Part shown: positions 57,399 through 64,000 of the stretch, one piece after another
Numbering within the stretch: the stretch's first letter is position 1
Layout of the letters: each line of letters begins with the position of its first letter
Assembly: GCA_041666945.1 (NCBI GenBank)
Contig: JBAYFY010000001.1
Location: 182,627 to 246,626, forward strand
Direction: 5' to 3'
DNA from: Candidatus Buchananbacteria bacterium
GTDB lineage: Bacteria; Patescibacteriota; Patescibacteriia; 2-01-FULL-39-33
DNA: 64,000 nucleotides
Program-made: the position numbers and the translations under genes
Notes under the pieces: model-generated
Database searches by the model: none
What the model was told of the DNA's origin: nothing
The model's input: the letters and a program-made list of their open reading frames with translations, nothing else

Positions 57399-57643
57399 CC
57401 CTCCTGTCATCCTCTTGAATAATCCCCACTGTCATCCTCTTGAATAATCCCCACTGTCATCCTCGCGGAGGCGAGGATCCAAGAGGTTAAAATTATATAA
57501 TAATGGATTCCCGCCTACGCGGGAATGACGGATAAAAAATTGAAACAGCAGGAACAATGCGGAGGCGAGGATCCAAGAGGTTAAAATTATATAATAATGG
57601 ATTCCCGCCTACGCGGGAATGACGGATAAAAAATTGAAACAGT
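57389..57643. repeat. composite repeat cluster: about 2.5 tandem copies of a 25-bp unit, then two identical 84-bp direct repeats separated by 10 bp
   Basis: Two perfect copies of the 25-bp unit CTGTCATCCTCTTGAATAATCCCCA (57404-57428 and 57429-57453); a degenerate half-copy in the ZIP 3' end (57389-57403) and a partial copy at 57454-57464. 84-bp unit GCGGAGGCGAGGATCC...ATTGAAACAG at 57465-57548 and 57559-57642, 100% identical. Internal palindromes ATCCTCGC-gga-GGCGAGGAT and TTCCCGC-ctac-GCGGGAA. Confidence 0.85.
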
Positions 57644-57901
57644 AATACTCGATCGGAATGGCAATAAAAAGGATGCTCAAGCTGGGCATGACTTATAATT
57701 ATTACTATCTGTTTTGTCTATTAAATATAAAAATTATCTAAAATTATATAAAAAGTGATAATCGCTAATTATAAAAATAGATAAATCTATTGACAAAATA
57801 TTTAAGGTATGATATGACATTCACAGCACGTTACATTGGCAGGCCTTAGGCCGGGGACTATTTCTCTGGTAGGAGGTAAGCCGCAATATGGGAGAAAAAC
57901 C

Positions 57902-58600
57902 ATGAAAAAGAGTGAGTTCTTGAGCGCGTTGGGTGTTATGTGGGAAATTTGGAAGTCGCTGACGGATGAAATTTTGTCTTTAGGCGGCGACGATGAGGCG
58001 ATCCGCCTCATTAAGACGGATGACGGTCTGCGGCGGAGAATCGCCGAATTGGTGATGGCTAAAGCGCGTGGCGTCAAGGTTGCCGCCAAGCAAATTGGCG
58101 CTGATATGTCCGCCGGCAGCTACGATGTAATCGTTGACTTTAGCCAGAATCTTGAGCAGATGATCGCCGCCGGTCGCTATAATAGAGCGAGCTCGGACAT
58201 CAACGCCAATAATTTTTCGCTAAACGGAGCGGGTAAACGTAGAGTCAAAGTGGAATTGCTCCACTTTAATCAGAGTTTAGAAAATGGTGACCAAATCTTC
58301 GCCAAACTAAAAGAAGTCAATGATTGGCTGGCGCAACAAGGAGTGAAGTATCGCTACCGTTTTGCCCAAATAGAAGAGCTTCTGGCTCTGGGCGCGACTC
58401 AACCCGAGTTGCAACGGCAACTCCTGATTGCTGCTTTGGGTTCAATTTGGCACCATTATGGCAACCGCGACTTCGTTTGCCTTGGCGGGAATATTATAGA
58501 GCGCCACCTGCTCTTGGGTTCTCTTAAGGGTCGCTTCTCCGGTGACTACTGGCGGTTCGCTGTTGTCCGCGAGGTTTTTGATGACACCTTGAAACCTTGA
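57902..58600 (+). CDS. hypothetical protein, paralog A of a duplicated pair
   Basis: Shares a C-terminal module with 58631..59248 (SDINA..F..NG.GK, ELLALGA.QPELQRQ.LIAALGSIW, YWRFAVVR). The ORF track starts at 57836; MKKSEF at 57902 is more plausible. Confidence 0.45.
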   Translation: MKKSEFLSALGVMWEIWKSLTDEILSLGGDDEAIRLIKTDDGLRRRIAELVMAKARGVKVAAKQIGADMSAGSYDVIVDFSQNLEQMIAAGRYNRASSDINANNFSLNGAGKRRVKVELLHFNQSLENGDQIFAKLKEVNDWLAQQGVKYRYRFAQIEELLALGATQPELQRQLLIAALGSIWHHYGNRDFVCLGGNIIERHLLLGSLKGRFSGDYWRFAVVREVFDDTLKP

Positions 58601-58630
58601 ATCAGAAAAAATCGGGAAAAGGAGAATAGC

Positions 58631-59248
58631 ATGAAAACTGCAAGTAAAACTGGAAATAGAAATAAGAAAGTCGGAACCGGGATTATCACCGCTATTACCG
58701 TCGCAGTTGTAAGCCAAGGCGGAAAAGCCGAGGACTTGACTGCGGTTGTCGGGCACAATGAGTTGCTCAAGCAATTAGCCGCGGCCGTCATTGAGCTTTC
58801 CCGTAAGATCATCCAACTCGTCATTGACTATCGTATGACTTTGGCGCAGATGATCATCGCTGGCAAGTATGACCGGGTGAATTCGGACATCAACGCCGAA
58901 CATTTCCCGATCAATGGGAAGGGCAAGAAGGCGGTCGACATTGAACTCTGGCATCCGAACAGATATTTTAAAAACGGCGACGAAGTGATTGCCGAGCTGA
59001 AAAAGTCCAAATATGGTTATCGTTTCGCCACCCTGCCGGAACTTTTGGCTCTGGGCGCGGCTCAACCCGAGTTGCAACGGCAATTCCTGATTGCCGCTTT
59101 GGGTTCAATTTGGCGCCGCACCGGCTACCGCCGTTTCGCCTACCTCCACGGGTCTGACGCTATGCGCGACCTGGACCTGGGCTTTCTCGGGGGTGCTTTC
59201 CACGGCTATTGGCGCTTTGCGGTTGTCCGCGATCCTGCCTGCCGGTAG
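58631..59248 (+). CDS. hypothetical protein, paralog B of the duplicated pair
   Basis: SD AAGGAGA 7 nt upstream. N-terminal TM. Conserved C-terminal module as in paralog A. Confidence 0.5.
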   Translation: MKTASKTGNRNKKVGTGIITAITVAVVSQGGKAEDLTAVVGHNELLKQLAAAVIELSRKIIQLVIDYRMTLAQMIIAGKYDRVNSDINAEHFPINGKGKKAVDIELWHPNRYFKNGDEVIAELKKSKYGYRFATLPELLALGAAQPELQRQFLIAALGSIWRRTGYRRFAYLHGSDAMRDLDLGFLGGAFHGYWRFAVVRDPACR

Positions 59249-59285
59249 GTAAGTAATTTTGATTAGACATTGACCTCTGAATTTT

Positions 59286-59318
59286 CCGCGCGATAACCCT
59301 TATCGCGCGGCTTTTATT
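59286..59318 (+). terminator. intrinsic terminator
   Basis: CCGCGCGATAA-ccc-TTATCGCGCGG, then CTTTTATTT. Confidence 0.65.
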
Positions 59319-59486
59319 TGATAAAGCTCATAAAAAATTGGCACGGAATTGGAAAGTATGTTATACTGTATATATTGCGGGGTTAATTGCCCGGCCAAAA
59401 TAGATTGGCAGGTATGATACTGGTGAAATTTCAATAAATTTACTTATTAAATCAATTTTTATAAATTTTTATTTAACAGGGTAAAT

Positions 59487-60422
59487 ATGAAAAAAATTAT
59501 TTCTAAAATTTCCGACTGGTGCAAGAATGTTTGCGCCAAGCGCGAGGGGCAAAGCAATTTTAAACGCGGCCTGATAATCGGCCTGATCGTTGCCGTAATC
59601 ATTATTATCATTTTAGTATTGGTTTTATGGCTATCCGGCGTTTGGGACGGCAAAAAAGACGATTCTCAGCCGGCTAATCCCGTCGCCGAAGCCAAAGTAA
59701 TCATTTTGACTTCCACTCATTGCGGCAACAAATGCTGGGATACTGATTTGTTCATAGACGCCCTAAAAAGCAGGAGCATAAAAATCACCGATACGGAAAC
59801 GCTTAAGGTTGACGGTTGGTGGCCTTGGAGTAAAGGCAAGGCCTTGGCTAAAAAACTGCAGGTAACCAAAGTCCCGACGGTCATAGTGGAAGCCGATTTT
59901 AGCAAAAATCCAGATTTGGCGGCTTTTTTCACCAGCACTTTAGGCAACACGGTGGATAACCAGTTTGTCTTAACTAAAATCCTGGCACCCTATTATGATT
60001 TGGCTCTAAAAAAACTTAAGGGCGAAATTTTGATTACTTACTTGACCGACGCTTCATGCAAAACCTGCTATGACGTCAAGACCCATGAAACGGCTTTGAA
60101 GAATTTGGGCATGCCGACCAACCGATCCAAAACCGTGGACATTTCCTCATCTGCCGGCAAGGCCTTGATTGATAAGTATAAGATCACTAAAGCCCCGACA
60201 GTCATAATTAGCGGCGAAGTCAGCGAGTACCCGGTGTTTATTCAGGCCTGGGTTGACGTGGGAACTGTTACCGGCGATGGCGTTTATATTTTTACCAATC
60301 TGGATTTGATGGGTGATTATAAGGATTTGACTACCGGCCAAGAGGTGAAAGCGGACGCCGCCAAGGCCTCCGGTTCGCAGACAACGCAAACCACGGCAGC
60401 CGCCAAAACAACAACCAAATAA
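59487..60422 (+). CDS. membrane-anchored protein with two tandem thioredoxin-fold-like domains and Thr/Ala-rich C-terminal tail
   Basis: N-terminal signal anchor. Domain 1 has CGNKC ... TKVPTVIV; domain 2 has CKTC ... TKAPTVII (CxxC-type motif plus cis-Pro loop). Tail QTTQTTAAAKTTTK. Confidence 0.5.
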   Translation: MKKIISKISDWCKNVCAKREGQSNFKRGLIIGLIVAVIIIIILVLVLWLSGVWDGKKDDSQPANPVAEAKVIILTSTHCGNKCWDTDLFIDALKSRSIKITDTETLKVDGWWPWSKGKALAKKLQVTKVPTVIVEADFSKNPDLAAFFTSTLGNTVDNQFVLTKILAPYYDLALKKLKGEILITYLTDASCKTCYDVKTHETALKNLGMPTNRSKTVDISSSAGKALIDKYKITKAPTVIISGEVSEYPVFIQAWVDVGTVTGDGVYIFTNLDLMGDYKDLTTGQEVKADAAKASGSQTTQTTAAAKTTTK

Positions 60423-60434
60423 TTTGTAAAAGCT

Positions 60435-60465
60435 TCAACCTCGCTAAAGCGAGGTTGATTTTTTT
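60435..60465 (+). terminator. intrinsic terminator
   Basis: TCAACCTCGC-taaa-GCGAGGTTGA, then TTTTTTT. Confidence 0.75.
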
Positions 60466-60497
60466 CGGTTAAAATGTTATATTTTAATCATCCGATT

Positions 60498-61187
60498 ATG
60501 AAGTTATACATCGTGGCTACGCCGCTGGGCAATCTAAAAGATATCACTTTGCGGGCGTTGGAAGTCCTAAGATCAGCGCCTTTAATCGCCTGCGAAGACA
60601 CCCGCGTTTCCGGCAAATTGTTAGCGGCTTACAATATTAAAACCCCGACCGTTTCTTATCACCAGCACAGTTCTTCGGGCAAGGTGGATTTTTTGTTGAA
60701 TAAACTGGCTGAAGCGGGGGAGATGGCAATTATCACCGATGCCGGCACGCCGGGCATTTCCGATCCCGGGAATTTGTTAGTGGAAGCGGCGGTTAAAAAG
60801 TTTGGCTTAAAGTGCGAAATTATACCCATTCCCGGGCCTTCAGCCATTATCGCGCTGCTATCAATTTCCGGCTTGCCGACCGACCGATTTTTGTTTTTGG
60901 GTTTTTTGCCTCATAAAAAAGGCAAAGAAACCATGCTGAAACGAATTATAGACAGCGAAGAAACCGTTGTTTTTTACGAGTCCACCCATCGGATTATCAA
61001 GTCCCTGGAAAAGTTAGGGGAGTTGATGTCTTTGGGGGCGAATAATGACAGACGAATCGTGGTCGGCCGCGAGCTGACGAAAAAATTTGAAACCGTCCAT
61101 CGCGGCAATATTAAGCAAATTTTAGAGCAATTAAAATCCGATACCGCTAAGGGTGAATTTGTCGTGGTGGTGGAAGGAAAGAAATAA
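60498..61187 (+). CDS. rsmI: 16S rRNA (cytidine1402-2'-O)-methyltransferase RsmI (tetrapyrrole-methylase fold)
   Basis: MKLYIVATPLGNLKDITLRALEVL...ACEDTR matches the RsmI N-terminus. Start taken at the ATG at 60498. Confidence 0.85.
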   Translation: MKLYIVATPLGNLKDITLRALEVLRSAPLIACEDTRVSGKLLAAYNIKTPTVSYHQHSSSGKVDFLLNKLAEAGEMAIITDAGTPGISDPGNLLVEAAVKKFGLKCEIIPIPGPSAIIALLSISGLPTDRFLFLGFLPHKKGKETMLKRIIDSEETVVFYESTHRIIKSLEKLGELMSLGANNDRRIVVGRELTKKFETVHRGNIKQILEQLKSDTAKGEFVVVVEGKK

Positions 61188-61188
61188 T

Positions 61189-62694
61189 ATGTCCAAGTTT
61201 TATATTACAACGCCAATTTATTATTCCAACGCCGAACCGCACATCGGTTCGGCTTATCCGACGATTGCCGCCGATGTTTTGGCTCGCTATCACCGCTTGC
61301 GCGGCGAAGAAGTGCGCTATCTGACCGGAGTGGATGAACACGGCCAGAAGATGTCCGATTCGGCCGCGGCCGCGAATAAATCGCCGCAGGAATTTTGCGA
61401 TGAAATGGCGGCCAAATGGCAATTCGCCTGGGACGCGCTTGATATCTCTAATGATGATTTTATCCGCACCACTTCCAATCGCCATAAGGACGGCGTGGCC
61501 AAGTTGCTATTGAAATTAAAGGAAGCCGGGGCGGTTTACGAAGGCAAATATGAGGGTTATTATTGCAAAGGTTGCGAGGCCTTTGTGACGGAAAAGGACT
61601 TGATTGACGGCAAATGCCCGGTGCATCAAACCAAGCCGGAATTGATTGAAGAAAAAAATTATTTTTTTAATCTGAAAAAATATCTGCCGGAAGTGGAGCG
61701 GCTGATTGATACGGATAAAATCAGAATTTTGCCGGCCAGCAAAAAGAAAGAAGTGCTGGGGTTGTTCAAACAAGAATTATCTGATTTTTCCATTTCCCGC
61801 CAAAATCTCAAATGGGGCATACCTCTGCCCTGGGATCCGACCCAGGTTGCTTACGTCTGGGCCGATGCTTTAAGCAATTACATTAACGCTTTGGGATATG
61901 GCTCCGATGATGAGACAATGTTAAACAAATTCTGGCCGGCCGACGTGCACGTCATCGGCAAGGATATTATCAAATTCCACTGTATTTTTTGGCCGGCCAT
62001 GCTTTTGGCTGCGGAAATACAGCCGCCCCAGACCGTTTTTGCCCATGGATTTTTTACGGTTGACGGCCAGAAAATGGGCAAATCACTGGGTAACATCATT
62101 GACCCGCTGGAGTTAGTAAAAGGATTTGGCGCCGATGCCGTCAGATATTTGTTATTGTCGCAATTTCCGTTCGGCCAAGACGGGGATATCAAAGCGGAAA
62201 AATTCGTTACCCAATATAATTCCGATTTAGCCAACGGCATCGGTAATTTTTCTTCCCGCGTAACCGCCATGGCCGAGAAATATTTTAACGGCTCGGTGCC
62301 CGGCAATCGCGACAGCGAATTAAAGGCGGAAACGGAAAAGATTATCGGCCAGTATGACCAGGCCATGGCTGATTTCTTGCCTGACGGAGGCATTGAAGCG
62401 GTCAAGGCGCTGGTTGCCTTAGGCGACGCTTATGTGGAAAAAAACAAGCCCTGGGAATTGGCCAAGTCCGATACCAAAAGATTGGAAGAAGTGATTTATA
62501 ATCTGTTGGAATTATTGCGCCATGTCGGTGTTTTGCTCTGGCCCGTGATGCCTGAAACCGCCGGTAAAATCCTGTCATCCTTGGGCCAGGATAAGTTTAC
62601 CGGCCAGGATTACAAAAACTTGATCGTCTGGGGGCTACTGGAACCGCAGGGCAAGGTAGAAAAGATTTCCGGCTTATTCCCTAGAATTCAATAA
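61189..62694 (+). CDS. metG: methionine--tRNA ligase, short form without C-terminal tRNA-binding extension
   Basis: HIGH motif PHIGSAY. KMSKS motif QKMGKSLGN. Zinc knuckle CKGCEAF...CPVHQ. Starts 1 nt after the rsmI stop. Confidence 0.9.
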   Translation: MSKFYITTPIYYSNAEPHIGSAYPTIAADVLARYHRLRGEEVRYLTGVDEHGQKMSDSAAAANKSPQEFCDEMAAKWQFAWDALDISNDDFIRTTSNRHKDGVAKLLLKLKEAGAVYEGKYEGYYCKGCEAFVTEKDLIDGKCPVHQTKPELIEEKNYFFNLKKYLPEVERLIDTDKIRILPASKKKEVLGLFKQELSDFSISRQNLKWGIPLPWDPTQVAYVWADALSNYINALGYGSDDETMLNKFWPADVHVIGKDIIKFHCIFWPAMLLAAEIQPPQTVFAHGFFTVDGQKMGKSLGNIIDPLELVKGFGADAVRYLLLSQFPFGQDGDIKAEKFVTQYNSDLANGIGNFSSRVTAMAEKYFNGSVPGNRDSELKAETEKIIGQYDQAMADFLPDGGIEAVKALVALGDAYVEKNKPWELAKSDTKRLEEVIYNLLELLRHVGVLLWPVMPETAGKILSSLGQDKFTGQDYKNLIVWGLLEPQGKVEKISGLFPRIQ

Positions 62695-62696
62695 AA

Positions 62697-62790
62697 AAGT
62701 AATAAGTAATACGTAACAGGTAACAAGTAAATAAATAGCTATAATAAAAAATTGCTTTTTACTTTTTACTTATTACATATTACGGTTATC
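62697..62790. repeat. inverted heptamer-array element, copy 2 (contains TACGTAACAGG core)
   Basis: GTAATAAGTAATACGTAACAGGTAACAAGTAA, then an AT-rich spacer containing TATAAT, then TTACTTTTTACTTATTACATATTAC; between metG and cvpA. Confidence 0.6.
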
Positions 62791-62798
62791 ATAAATTT

Positions 62799-63320
62799 AT
62801 GACATTCACGCTTGTCGACGTTATCTTAATCATTATCGTTTTGATTTTCGTGATGTGGGGGTTTGTCATGGGCCTGATACGTTCCATCGGCGCTTTAGTC
62901 GGCATAGTTTTGGGCACTTGGCTGGCCGGCCATTATTTTATGCCGGTGGCCGATTGGCTGACGCCGGTGCTGATGGGTCACGCCGTGGCCGCGAAGATCA
63001 TCGCCTTTCTGCTGGTTTTTATTATAGTCAATCGTCTAACAGTCCTGCTGTTTTACCTGATTGACCGCGGTTTCAAGCTGATTTCCATCATTCCTTTTCT
63101 GGGCTCTTTAAATCGGCTGGGCGGCATGCTTTTAGGGCTGGTTGAGGGCGTTTTGACTTCCGGCATCATGATATTCGTTTTAGCCAAAATCGCCCCGGAT
63201 ATTTCCTTAGTCAAGGACTCCTTGGCTAATTCCCAGGTGGCGTATTGGCTGGTTTTGTCAGCTACTTGGCTGACTAAGCTTTTGCCTGAAGCGTTTAACA
63301 AGATCCAGTCAATATTTTAG
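62799..63320 (+). CDS. cvpA: CvpA family membrane protein
   Basis: 173 aa, 4 TMs, typical CvpA N-terminus MTFTLVDVILIIIVLIFVMWGF. Confidence 0.7.
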   Translation: MTFTLVDVILIIIVLIFVMWGFVMGLIRSIGALVGIVLGTWLAGHYFMPVADWLTPVLMGHAVAAKIIAFLLVFIIVNRLTVLLFYLIDRGFKLISIIPFLGSLNRLGGMLLGLVEGVLTSGIMIFVLAKIAPDISLVKDSLANSQVAYWLVLSATWLTKLLPEAFNKIQSIF

Positions 63321-63358
63321 GATTTTTCAATTTTTTTAAAAGTCGCGATTAACCGGCT

Positions 63359-64000
63359 ATGTTAGTTGATTCCCATTGCCATTTGAATTTTATCTCTTTC
63401 AAAGACGACGCCGCTAAAGTGGCGGCTGATTTTTTGTCGTCCAATTACGCTTTAATCAATGTGGGCGCGCAATATTCCACTTCCCAACGGGCAATCAAAT
63501 TGGCGGAAACATTCAAGCGCGGCGTTTATGCCGCGGTCGGTTTGCACCCGCTGCATCTGATTGAGGACGGCGAGGAAACCGTAATGCTTGACGGCCAGCC
63601 CCATACTTTTAAAACCGCGCAAGAGGACTTTGACCCTGACAAGTACCGCCAATTGGCCAAATCTTCGGTTAAAGTCGTGGCCCTCGGGGAAGTCGGCTTG
63701 GATTATTATTATTTTGATAAATTTTCCGCCAGCGAAATTGCCGATCTTAAAATTAAGCAGGAGCGGGCTTTTCGCGGTTTCATCGCTTTAAGCGAAGAGT
63801 TGAATTTGCCCCTGATCATTCACACCCGCGGTTCGCGGCAAGCGCCTGACGACGCTTATGATGACATTTTACGCCTGCTGCAAGATGAAATTAATTCCGG
63901 CCGGAAGATTAAAGGGGTGGTGCACTGTTTCGGCGGCAATGCCGAACAAGCTAAAAGTTTTCTTCAGCTCGGATTATTTTTGGGTTTTACCGGCATCATA
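63359..64000 (+). CDS. TatD family metal-dependent hydrolase (5' partial; continues past window end)
   Basis: Hand translation from the ATG at 63359: MLVDSHCHLNF...GEVGLDYYY...IIHTRGS...VVHCFGG. It has no in-window stop, so it is absent from the ORF track. Confidence 0.8.
   Translation, partial: MLVDSHCHLNFISFKDDAAKVAADFLSSNYALINVGAQYSTSQRAIKLAETFKRGVYAAVGLHPLHLIEDGEETVMLDGQPHTFKTAQEDFDPDKYRQLAKSSVKVVALGEVGLDYYYFDKFSASEIADLKIKQERAFRGFIALSEELNLPLIIHTRGSRQAPDDAYDDILRLLQDEINSGRKIKGVVHCFGGNAEQAKSFLQLGLFLGFTGII

Noticed and set aside
57389-57643. Possible CRISPR array
   Set aside because: The repeats are of two different unit sizes (25 bp and 84 bp), have no regularly sized unique spacers, and no cas genes are nearby.
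59338-59376. Promoter for the thioredoxin-like gene (TTGGCA ... TATACT, or TTGGAA-16-TATATT)
   Set aside because: Several competing hexamer pairings have suboptimal spacing, so this is too ambiguous to call.
61153-61188. Upstream extension of metG (MNLSWWWKERNNMSKF...)
   Set aside because: It overlaps the rsmI coding region, and the conserved MetG N-terminus begins at MSKFYITTPIYY, so the start is at 61189.

Overview
This 64-kb window appears to come from a compact, moderately AT-rich bacterial genome. The genes are tightly packed, several overlap at start/stop codons, and Shine-Dalgarno sequences are weak. I infer, with low confidence, that this fits a reduced-genome lineage such as CPR/Patescibacteria.

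Layout from 5' to 3':
- 1-4.5 kb: a MacA/MacB-like tripartite efflux system (HlyD-type adaptor, ABC ATPase, FtsX-type permease), a small secreted protein, and a minus-strand tRNA-Glu(CUC) behind a bidirectional terminator.
- About 4.9-55.5 kb: one very large cell-envelope glycan biosynthesis locus, almost all on the + strand as a roughly 37-kb co-directional array (8.4-45.5 kb). It holds at least 15 glycosyltransferases: eight GT4, six GT2 (four of them DPM1/GtrB-like polyprenyl-phosphate sugar synthases), one GT9 and two or three GT-C-like membrane transferases. It also holds a WbaP-type priming phosphotransferase, a Wzx-like flippase, an O-antigen-ligase-like protein, GtrA, a truncated UGDH-like dehydrogenase, a UXS-like SDR, two CE4 deacetylases, a FemAB-like protein and four class I SAM methyltransferases.
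- Most strikingly, the locus carries twelve radical SAM enzymes. Ten are paralogous B12-binding (class B) radical SAM proteins, each with a CxxxCxxC cluster; one of these is fused to a class I methyltransferase. The other two are SPASM/twitch-type radical SAM proteins, one fused to a GT-C-like membrane glycosyltransferase.
- 55.6-64 kb: a SIMPL-domain protein, tRNA-Ala(CGC) and tRNA-Val(CAC), a ZIP metal transporter, a cluster of tandem and direct repeats, a duplicated pair of unknown proteins sharing a near-identical 70-nt block, a double thioredoxin-fold protein, RsmI, MetG, CvpA and the start of a TatD hydrolase.

I see no transposase, integrase, CRISPR array or rRNA. Everything here is read from the sequence and the ORF translations by eye; no searches were run.
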